From Candidatus Altimarinota bacterium (GTDB lineage Bacteria > Patescibacteriota > Gracilibacteria > UBA1369 > GCA-2718715): a stretch of DNA of 64,000 bases. A program made the translations under genes and the position numbers. Below the pieces are notes generated by a model. The model did not search any database. It was not told the DNA's origin and saw only the letters and a list, made by a program, of their open reading frames with translations. Every line of letters begins with the position of its first letter. The first letter of the stretch is position 1. Shown here piece after piece: positions 51,317 through 59,179 of the stretch. The stretch is from positions 32,001 through 96,000 of the forward strand of contig JBESAV010000001.1 in the NCBI GenBank assembly GCA_041242255.1, in the 5' to 3' direction.

Positions 51317-52213
51317 ATGGAAAACAATCAAGTATGGCATTACCTACTTCGATACTTAGAATACTCAAAGGTCATTAAAAATTACTCTCAAAACACAATC
51401 AGAAGCTACAAATGCACCATCAAAAGATTTCTCAGAGAAACCAATATAAACACTACCTCAGACCTTAATAAACAAACTATTGAAAGTTGGTTCTTTAAAG
51501 GCCGTTTAGAAAGACATTGGTCACCTAGCACCTTTCGCTCTCACCTCAAGCACATCAACTGCTTGTGTAAGTGGTTAGAGAAAGAAAATCTGATAGAACA
51601 CAATCCATGCCAAGGTATTGAAAAACCAAAACTCGAACACAAACTTCCAAGAACCCTTAGCAAGGAGGAGGCTAAACTTGTCCTAGATACAACATATCAT
51701 ATGAGATACACCTACAAGTTTGAAAGATATCGAAATACCGCTCTGATCGGGATTATGCTTTATGCAGGTTTAAGACGAGGTGAAACAATGAAGCTCAAAC
51801 TTCATGATGTAAAACTTTATGAGAAAACAATCTTCCTAAAGCAAGCTAAAGGCCACAAAGATAGACTAGTCCCAATCAATACAGCCTTAGCCTCAATCCT
51901 AGAACAGTACCTTGTAGAAAGAGGTAGACTCAAGAAAGACTCAATCTACTTCTTTGTAGGAACGAATAACAACCTACCCCTTGGAGAAAAAGTATTCACA
52001 CGGTTAATGAAACAACTCAGAAAGAAAACTAAACTAGATTTTTCAGCCCATACTCTCCGCCACGCATTCGCTCGACTTATGCTAGAGGGAGGTTGTGACA
52101 TCTACACCCTCTCAAAACTGATGGGACACTCCAAAATCACAACCACTACCATTTATCTTTCATGTTCCACCGAACAGATGAGTAAATCTATTGAGATGCA
52201 CAGATTAAATTAA
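51317..52213 (+). CDS. Tyrosine recombinase/integrase (XerC/D-like)
   Basis: SAM-like N domain (YSQNTIRSY); catalytic R (GLRRGE), K (KG.K.R), HTLRH, MGH, TTIY. Confidence 0.95.
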   Translation: MENNQVWHYLLRYLEYSKVIKNYSQNTIRSYKCTIKRFLRETNINTTSDLNKQTIESWFFKGRLERHWSPSTFRSHLKHINCLCKWLEKENLIEHNPCQGIEKPKLEHKLPRTLSKEEAKLVLDTTYHMRYTYKFERYRNTALIGIMLYAGLRRGETMKLKLHDVKLYEKTIFLKQAKGHKDRLVPINTALASILEQYLVERGRLKKDSIYFFVGTNNNLPLGEKVFTRLMKQLRKKTKLDFSAHTLRHAFARLMLEGGCDIYTLSKLMGHSKITTTTIYLSCSTEQMSKSIEMHRLN

Positions 52214-52225
52214 GTGTTTTAGGAG

Positions 52226-52705
52226 TTAGACTTTCATCCCAAGGAATCCCTTCAAAACACCCCAATAACCTAATGGATTACTTATTCTAATTTGTAGTGA
52301 ATCATCTCCATATGAGGCTGGAACCCATTCACATAACCACATTTTTTTGTAATTGTATCCTTTGTATCTATAAGTAGCTGCAAAACAGAATTTATATTTT
52401 TGTTTGGCTTTAGGTATCTCGACCCATATAGAATCATCACCAATATCTAGATCTGAAATTTTCGCCCTAAAAATTGAAACTGGTACTATATTCCTTATCT
52501 TTTCCTCTGAGCTTATTCGAATTTCTACCAAAACTTTTTCCGAGGTTTCCCCATATCTTTGATTTGATCTAAATTGATATTCAATATAAAGATCAAGGAA
52601 GGGTTCAAAAATTTGCTTGTTATTGTAATAGTTTAAACAATATCCAAGGATTACACCAATGATGGTAAAACCACCTCCAATTAGTGGTGAGAGTAAATCT
52701 GACAT
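52226..52705 (-). CDS. Hypothetical membrane-anchored cargo protein
   Basis: N-terminal TM segment; 159 aa. Confidence 0.6.
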   Translation of the reverse strand: MSDLLSPLIGGGFTIIGVILGYCLNYYNNKQIFEPFLDLYIEYQFRSNQRYGETSEKVLVEIRISSEEKIRNIVPVSIFRAKISDLDIGDDSIWVEIPKAKQKYKFCFAATYRYKGYNYKKMWLCEWVPASYGDDSLQIRISNPLGYWGVLKGFLGMKV

Positions 52706-52858
52706 GAAAATTAAATTAAATACTAGAATCTATCTTATCACCAAAAGTTAACACTCCTAATATTTCACCATCACTTTCCTTTCAGCAAAACATATCCATC
52801 TATACAGACCTCAAGAGCTCACACCTAATTTTCAAAGAACAAAAGTATCAAATTCAAT

Positions 52859-53866
52859 TTATACCTCTAAAGCAGCTACAAGAATATCTGTAGTATTTTT
52901 GGTCATAGAAGGCAGGCTCTGTATGTAAGTGTAAGTTGTAGACAGTTTTCTATGCCCTAAATGCTTCCTAATATCATCAGTGTCAGCACCCATATGAGCT
53001 AAATAAGTAGCTACATACCTCCTAATAGAGTAAACAGTGATATGAAAACCTAATGTTTTTGAAAGTCTCTGAAAATATTTTTGCATCCCTGACTTAGTCC
53101 ATCTCTTCCCCTTTTTTAATGATTCAAATAAATGATTACCTCGTCTTCCCAGTTTTTTTCTCTCAGCCAGATAATTATTAAGAATTGGCTCAATATACTC
53201 AGGAAGATAGAAAGATTGAACCCTACCTTTTTGCTTAGCTGTTTTATATTTCAGAACTAATCCTTCTTTTTCTTTTGTAATAGAACCTAGATTTAAAGAG
53301 GCTGCTTCACTTGTCCTCATACCCGTGATACACAAAATGTTCACAAATAATTCATTACGTGTCTTCTCCAACCTTGTCCTTTCTTCACTTTCTCTAACAA
53401 AGATTTTCAACTTGTTTACCTGATCATTAGTTAGGCAATCTTTTTCGGTAATTTCTTCTTTGATTTTCCCTACCTTCTTAAACTTATTTTCATCAATAAA
53501 CTCCAATTGCTTTAACCATTTAAAGTAAGTATTTAAATCTTTTCTATATGAATTATAGGTAGTACCAGACCAACCTCTCTTCTCATTAAAATGTCCTAAG
53601 AACCATTTAATGGTATGAATATCATTTACTTCCTCGATGGAAGTAATACCGACTTGGAACAACACAAACCTAAGCTTATCTTTAACGTTTTTTACAGTAG
53701 CCTTACTTCTACCACCTACTATTAGATAATCGTAAATAAAATAGTTCCAATACTCCCAAATAGGAGTTAAACCATCTTTGACAATAAGAGACCTTTTCTC
53801 AATATCACTGAGAAGTTCTTGTAGACTTTCTGGGGCTCGACTTACGTCATAATTTGTATAGCTCAA
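52859..53866 (-). CDS. Second tyrosine recombinase
   Basis: TGMRTSE, K, YSIRR (HxxR variant), LGH, TYTY; TTG start. Confidence 0.9.
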   Translation of the reverse strand: MSYTNYDVSRAPESLQELLSDIEKRSLIVKDGLTPIWEYWNYFIYDYLIVGGRSKATVKNVKDKLRFVLFQVGITSIEEVNDIHTIKWFLGHFNEKRGWSGTTYNSYRKDLNTYFKWLKQLEFIDENKFKKVGKIKEEITEKDCLTNDQVNKLKIFVRESEERTRLEKTRNELFVNILCITGMRTSEAASLNLGSITKEKEGLVLKYKTAKQKGRVQSFYLPEYIEPILNNYLAERKKLGRRGNHLFESLKKGKRWTKSGMQKYFQRLSKTLGFHITVYSIRRYVATYLAHMGADTDDIRKHLGHRKLSTTYTYIQSLPSMTKNTTDILVAALEV

Positions 53867-53943
53867 AAACGATTATTTAAAGATAATTTACTTTTGCAAT
53901 CCTTAGCCTAACACGAAAGAAACGGCTTTACAAAGGGCAAAAA

Positions 53944-54507
53944 CTTACCTTGTTTAACAAGGTAAGCCTACACTATTTGACTTGGTTAAGGTCATCGAGA
54001 CTTGCTTGTATTCGTTTTGTGTTCAATAAAAAAATCCACAAAAACCGCTAAAGTTAAACAAAACAAAATTTTGCACTAAATCCAAAACTACAAATTCTGG
54101 GCGGAGAGCATATTTAGGATACATACTTTGAGATATAGATTTACTCTAAACACCTGGTCTAACAAGGTAAAAGCTTAATAAATCATACAAATTTAAAAGT
54201 ACAATCTCCGTCATTTCACGAAAAGCAAGAAAACTGAGAAAGCTCTTTAAACAAAGACAAACCTTACTTTTTAAAATTTCTAAAAGTGTGTTTTTCGGAC
54301 GGACTGCTCATTCTAACAAAAAATATTAAAGTATGATCTACATTTCAAAAGACCTTATCCAACAAGGTAATATATTACAAAAATTAAAAACTCTAAAAAC
54401 ACAATCTCCGCTTTTTTGCCAAAATTGGTAAAATCAAGAAACCTCTTATCATAGATCAAAATACCACTTTTCCAAAATCCAAAAAGTGCTTATTTAGTGC
54501 GGAGAGG
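53944..54507. repeat. Array of ~200-bp degenerate units with palindromic ACCT..AACAAGGTAA boxes
   Basis: AACAAGGTAA at 53956, 54161, 54361; ACAATCTCCG at 54201 and 54401; CGGA boxes at ~54102, 54300, 54500. Confidence 0.8.
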
Positions 54508-54566
54508 TGCGAAGTTTCAACATCAAGTAGATTGTAATATTTGTTAATTTGCGATAATCTTTAAAC

Positions 54567-54690
54567 GAGCTCCAGTTAGTTTTCTTAACGCAAGGAACGT
54601 TCCATCGTTAACCAATTTGGTTAAAGGTGGGTACGTAGCCATATTGGTTTTCCTTGCGAATTCTAATTGGGGCTCCTACGTGCCCTCTTT
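54567..54690 (+). ncRNA. Unassigned structured RNA or leader with pseudoknot potential
   Basis: Stems 54567-79/54663-75, 54589-97/54650-58, hairpin 54602-30, and crossing helix 54629-38/54676-85; extended -10 TGcGATAAT at 54550-58. Confidence 0.6.
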
Positions 54691-54703
54691 TAATTTTATA
54701 AGC

Positions 54704-55702
54704 ATGAATAAAACACAAACAAAACCTTTCTATAAAAAAGACTGGTTTAAAATATTAATGATAATACTACTTGTAATAGTATTTCCTATATCCCTAATTC
54801 TAGTCATACCAGGACTATTATTCTATTTCATATGGAATCATAAAAAATATCCAAGACTCAGCAAAGTAAGTATTGGACTATCTACTTTAATGTTTATCTT
54901 AACAGTCATCGGATCAATCATGGTCAAACAAGAAGAAAACGAAATACTTGCATTAATCAATCAAGGTCAATTTGAGGAAGCTCAACAATACATAAATGAG
55001 AGCGATCAATCACACATGAAGCTAATGAAAGAATTAGATAAACTTAATGAAGAATTTATAGATGATAAGATAGACGAGTTAGCTACGTTAAAAATAACTG
55101 ATGTAGAAAAAGCAACCACTCTGAAAACATACTCGGATATACCTGTTTTAAATCAAGAAATTGTTGATAGAATCATAAGCAAGTCTGATCAAGTTGAGAT
55201 TAGAATTGCAGAAATTGAAAAGGAGAAGTTGGCAAATGAGCAACAAGAACTTGAAGACACAATTGCAAGAATACAAAGCAAAATTAGACAAATTAACAAT
55301 GGAAGAATACCGATACTAGATATACCCAACACCATTCAAGAATTTCCAGATACACCTGAATTATCTACATATAGAAATCAACTAATTCAAGCAGCACGAA
55401 ACCATCAAATCAAAACCTTACCTACTTTACGTAAAGACTATGCTGAAAGGATAGGTAAAGAGTTATGGGAAAACGATTATGAAATATACACCAAAGGAAA
55501 CGGCCATTCTACAATTGTTTTTGTACACTGGAGCTTTGCAAGCAACTCTAACATCAAAACAACTCATGAGCTATTTAGAGACAAGATTAGTGAGTTAAGA
55601 TTTGATAGAGCTGAATACAAATGGTCAGAATATGGGGAGTACACTTTCTATAACATGGAGTCAAAAGCAGACAGCTATATTGAAGGTATAGATAGTAATT
55701 AG
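54704..55702 (+). CDS. Hypothetical membrane protein with coiled-coil region
   Basis: ATG at 54704 (MNKTQTKPFYKKDWF...) preferred over the track's TTG at 54617, which lies inside the RNA structure; N-terminal TMs. Confidence 0.7.
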   Translation: MNKTQTKPFYKKDWFKILMIILLVIVFPISLILVIPGLLFYFIWNHKKYPRLSKVSIGLSTLMFILTVIGSIMVKQEENEILALINQGQFEEAQQYINESDQSHMKLMKELDKLNEEFIDDKIDELATLKITDVEKATTLKTYSDIPVLNQEIVDRIISKSDQVEIRIAEIEKEKLANEQQELEDTIARIQSKIRQINNGRIPILDIPNTIQEFPDTPELSTYRNQLIQAARNHQIKTLPTLRKDYAERIGKELWENDYEIYTKGNGHSTIVFVHWSFASNSNIKTTHELFRDKISELRFDRAEYKWSEYGEYTFYNMESKADSYIEGIDSN

Positions 55703-55724
55703 AAAGTCACACACTCACATAAGA

Positions 55725-56153
55725 CTAAACGTCGCATCTCTTACAAATAGGGCTAGAGTTTCTTCTTACTAAGTCTTTAATATGAACTTCTTTTGTTCTT
55801 GATGTTATAACACTACCTCTGATCTTACTTTTATAATCTTTAGTTAAAAGCTTATCATCAGTCAAAAGAAGCATAGCTTTAGACTTTAAAGCAAGTAAAA
55901 TTATATGATAGTCGTTTGATTTTAAATCATCACATTCAGGCGGACTACTTGACTCATCAATATCATACCCAATTGCTCTTTGATTAATTCTTAAATTTTT
56001 AATAAACCGCATTCTCTTTTCGCCATATTCTTTCTTAAAAATAGAACTCTTTCCATAAACCAAAAGTATTTTTCCTACTTCATTTTGTTGTTCAACATAA
56101 TTACCATCAAGGAAGAAATTATCAAACATATTATTATCAAGGATAAAACACAT
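55725..56153 (-). CDS. PIN-like domain protein
   Basis: ILDNN N-terminal strand; SND.HII.LA; LLLTDD. Confidence 0.6.
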   Translation of the reverse strand: MCFILDNNMFDNFFLDGNYVEQQNEVGKILLVYGKSSIFKKEYGEKRMRFIKNLRINQRAIGYDIDESSSPPECDDLKSNDYHIILLALKSKAMLLLTDDKLLTKDYKSKIRGSVITSRTKEVHIKDLVRRNSSPICKRCDV

Positions 56154-56158
56154 ATTAG

Positions 56159-57391
56159 TTAAAGATTGTTAAATGCCTCATCCAAAAAGAATTCCCGGTA
56201 GGAATCTGGTGCATCAATATAATTACCATTCTTATCAATCTTGATATTATAGACTTGTGCGCCATTTTTATGATTTTCTATATAGACAATATTTATCATA
56301 GAAATCTTTTCAGGATTATCTGTCAAAAACTTCTTCACAGCCCGATCAATAATAAAATCGCTATGTGTTTCAATTACTATTTTTTTGTCTTCATTTAAGA
56401 CCATATCTGCAAAAAAATCACCCATGTGCGCCTGTGCCTTTGGATGTAAATGAACTTCCGGCTGCTGTACTAAATAGAGATCATTTTTTTTTGACATTAA
56501 TGCTCCTATAATAACTGGTAAAGATTGACTTACTCCATATCCGACATCGGCCAAATTACTGTTCACACCTGAGTGCATATCCAATCTTAATTCAAAAGGA
56601 CTCACATTAATTTTTTTGTACCACGAAACTTTTATATCTTTAAACAAACCACTTTTTTTACCATACTCATAAATTTTTTCAGAAATAGACCTATCCTTTA
56701 AAATTTTAGTTAACAGATATGGTGATTCATCATTTTTGTCTGAATTTCTCTTATACATTTCATAAATTCTCTCAGGCTCAGTTCTAATTGGTGAAACTAC
56801 GTGAACTTTACCGGGTAAAGCAAATATCAATTCTTGTATTTTTTTAACAATTGTCATTACTATTTTCTCATCAACATCACTCAACTCATTTTCACTCAAA
56901 ATCATACCAATGAAATAAGTAATGAACCTTAATTCAGTCATATGCTGATAATTCAAGGTATTTTCACTCTCATTTATATCTAGTTCAATATCTTCATGGT
57001 CAGGTATTTGAAACTTAATAAATACTTTGTTTTTTTCCTTTCTAATACTATAAAAATATCCATCACTCCAATCCAAAGAAAGCATATAAGGATGTGCTTT
57101 GCCTTCTTTTGATCTATAACTCAAGCTAATGTAAACACCACCAGCAATCATATTAAATTCAAAAGTTTCAGAATTAGAATTTTTATTTTTCAATTCATCA
57201 AAAGGACCCATTTTGCTCAACATTTCTTCAGATCCGAAGCCAGTTAAATTTGCTGCCATTAAGTTTATTCCAGACAAAATACTAGTTTTACCCGAACTAT
57301 TTTCTCCTACTAAAAAAGTTAATGGTGTGATTTTAATTGATTGTTTCTTTCCAAAGCTTTTAAAATCACTTAACATCATTTGCTTAATCAT
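56159..57391 (-). CDS. AAA_15/AAA_21 ABC-type ATPase (DUF3696-like C-terminus)
   Basis: FKSF, Walker A GENSSGKTS, DVGYGVSQ.LP, QPEVHLHP..Q, ETHS. Confidence 0.9.
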   Translation of the reverse strand: MIKQMMLSDFKSFGKKQSIKITPLTFLVGENSSGKTSILSGINLMAANLTGFGSEEMLSKMGPFDELKNKNSNSETFEFNMIAGGVYISLSYRSKEGKAHPYMLSLDWSDGYFYSIRKEKNKVFIKFQIPDHEDIELDINESENTLNYQHMTELRFITYFIGMILSENELSDVDEKIVMTIVKKIQELIFALPGKVHVVSPIRTEPERIYEMYKRNSDKNDESPYLLTKILKDRSISEKIYEYGKKSGLFKDIKVSWYKKINVSPFELRLDMHSGVNSNLADVGYGVSQSLPVIIGALMSKKNDLYLVQQPEVHLHPKAQAHMGDFFADMVLNEDKKIVIETHSDFIIDRAVKKFLTDNPEKISMINIVYIENHKNGAQVYNIKIDKNGNYIDAPDSYREFFLDEAFNNL

Positions 57392-57579
57392 TCACGATTG
57401 TAATTAAGAACTTAAACCTATTATACATTAATTATTACATTCTTAAACTTAACATATATTAAACAATCCTATTATTTTCAATCAAATCTTTCAAAGCATC
57501 ACTATATAGAAGGTGATTTCAACCTGTTATGCCTAATAAAGGTAAACATTCTTTTAAATTAACTGATAAAAACAGAATT

Positions 57580-58245
57580 TTAAGTAAGCAAATACTTATT
57601 ATGGACTCCTACAGGTAAAGAACCCCTTTTAGATGGATCCAACTCTAAAATGACTAGATCATTATAAAAAAACTCTAATTCATTTGCTGGGAATTGAATC
57701 AATGACCTCAAATCAGAAGCACAGCTAGAACAAAAATAATAGTCTTGAACATTTTTTAATGAAGAAAACAGACCTGGCTTCTTGTTACACTTATTACACA
57801 CATGACTTCCCTTCTTTACATCAAACATATAGTTATCAATATCCTTAAATCTTTTTTCAAACATATCGTGTAAACTTTCTCTTTCCTCCAACAATCCTCC
57901 TGGTAAAATTGTCGACAAAATTGAATCAAATTCCTCTTTATCAATATCACCCTTAACATACCTCTTACCTAAATCTTCACCTGCCTTTTTTCCAAATATA
58001 ATTAGAGTCACATCTATATCATTCATTCTCTCCAGTAGTGTCTCATATTCAATTTGAGTAATTTTTCCTTTAGCCAACAATCCTTTCAGAGCATCTTCTA
58101 TCTTTGAAATTTTCTTATACACTAAATCAATTTGTTTCTGTAACTTACTCTGATATCGAGCCTTCTTATTTCTAGAAACTTCAGCTTGCCGATTCATTTT
58201 TGTAATACCTGCGTTGATTGATCTAAGTTTCGATTTATACCCCAC
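57580..58245 (-). CDS. Hypothetical protein with coiled coil and CxxC...CxxC zinc ribbon
   Basis: CNKC...CSSC motif; GTG start. Confidence 0.6.
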   Translation of the reverse strand: MGYKSKLRSINAGITKMNRQAEVSRNKKARYQSKLQKQIDLVYKKISKIEDALKGLLAKGKITQIEYETLLERMNDIDVTLIIFGKKAGEDLGKRYVKGDIDKEEFDSILSTILPGGLLEERESLHDMFEKRFKDIDNYMFDVKKGSHVCNKCNKKPGLFSSLKNVQDYYFCSSCASDLRSLIQFPANELEFFYNDLVILELDPSKRGSLPVGVHNKYLLT

Positions 58246-58495
58246 GATACAACTTTTACATTTTTTATACTATATCATCATTAAATCACTTTGTAATTGA
58301 GAATCAGGCCATCTTGAAAATAAACATGAGAAAAAGGAAACAACACAAAACTAACACCTTATATTAATCCATGCTATACTCTCATCACATTCACCAAGGA
58401 TACTCCCCTCGAAATGGGACACCGGCTTTTGAATCCAATCCTTGGATAATAGCTACAGATAGGCAAAATATTGTGCTACTACCTACCTTACATAT

Positions 58496-58540
58496 ATGGT
58501 AAGGGTGAGGTCACGGGTTCAACTCCCGTCGGTGGCTCCA
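58496..58540 (+). pseudogene. 3' half of the disrupted host tRNA-Thr(GGT) (attR)
   Basis: ATGGTAAGGGTGAGGTCACGGGTTCAACTCCCGTCGGTGGCTCCA, with no D-arm upstream. Confidence 0.92.
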
Positions 58541-58554
58541 TTTTAATCATATGA

Positions 58555-59121
58555 TCAGTTCTTTGAACCAAAATTCAGCATCTCCAAATAATCAATTCTA
58601 TCCAGAGTATTAGGATTCTCACTTTTCATATCCAACTTTTTCCAAAATCCCAAGAAAAAACCATGACTCACTCCAAATACTTTTTTCCCTTTATATCGAT
58701 CATTAAAAGTTTTAATTCTTTTCTTTATATCTTCATTTTGTTCACTCCCAGAATCTTCAATATTTAAGCTTCTAACAAAATTTTCCCTTATTGCTCTCAA
58801 CGGATTTTCACCATTTTCCACCAATCTCTTAGGACTAAAGCCAATTTCGTTGATCAAAGGTTCCACCACTACATCTTTATCTAAATCAAGTAATCCTAAG
58901 ATCAAATCTAAAGTCTCTCTAGACCTATTTGACTCTGAACAAAGTAGAATATCAGCATTTAAAACATCAGACGGATCAAAACCTTTTATGCCTTCAAGAT
59001 CAAAAACCTGTACAGATGGATCAACTAAACCACTTGCCAACTTCTCTAATTCATCCAAAGTTAACTTAGAGTAATCATCATAGGGTGGCTTCAACCTATT
59101 ATGTCTTATAAAAGTAAACAA
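58555..59121 (-). CDS. Histidine phosphatase superfamily protein
   Basis: FIRH, S...R..ET, INE, SHG motifs. Confidence 0.7.
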   Translation of the reverse strand: MFTFIRHNRLKPPYDDYSKLTLDELEKLASGLVDPSVQVFDLEGIKGFDPSDVLNADILLCSESNRSRETLDLILGLLDLDKDVVVEPLINEIGFSPKRLVENGENPLRAIRENFVRSLNIEDSGSEQNEDIKKRIKTFNDRYKGKKVFGVSHGFFLGFWKKLDMKSENPNTLDRIDYLEMLNFGSKN

Positions 59122-59179
59122 AAATCCATATTACTTAGTTTAATAATATCAAATTTCACTCATAATTTAAGTAAACAAA

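Larger units (their letters stand above)
51049..58504. mobile_element. ~7.45 kb tyrosine-recombinase integrative element inserted in the tRNA-Thr(GGT) anticodon loop
   Basis: 9-bp direct repeat ATGGTAAGG at 51049-51057 and 58496-58504; flanking tRNA halves; two integrase genes inside. Confidence 0.92.

Noticed and set aside
53944-54507. CRISPR array
   Set aside because: The period is ~200 bp, the units are degenerate, there are only three boxes, and no cas genes are present.
57522-57545. Fourth copy of the ACCT...AAGGTAA box
   Set aside because: The spacing differs from the array boxes and the match is weak in AT-rich DNA.
51058-58495. Insertion as a self-splicing tRNA intron
   Set aside because: The 9-bp duplication, two integrases and genes on both strands fit site-specific integration; no group I/II core or reverse transcriptase is visible.
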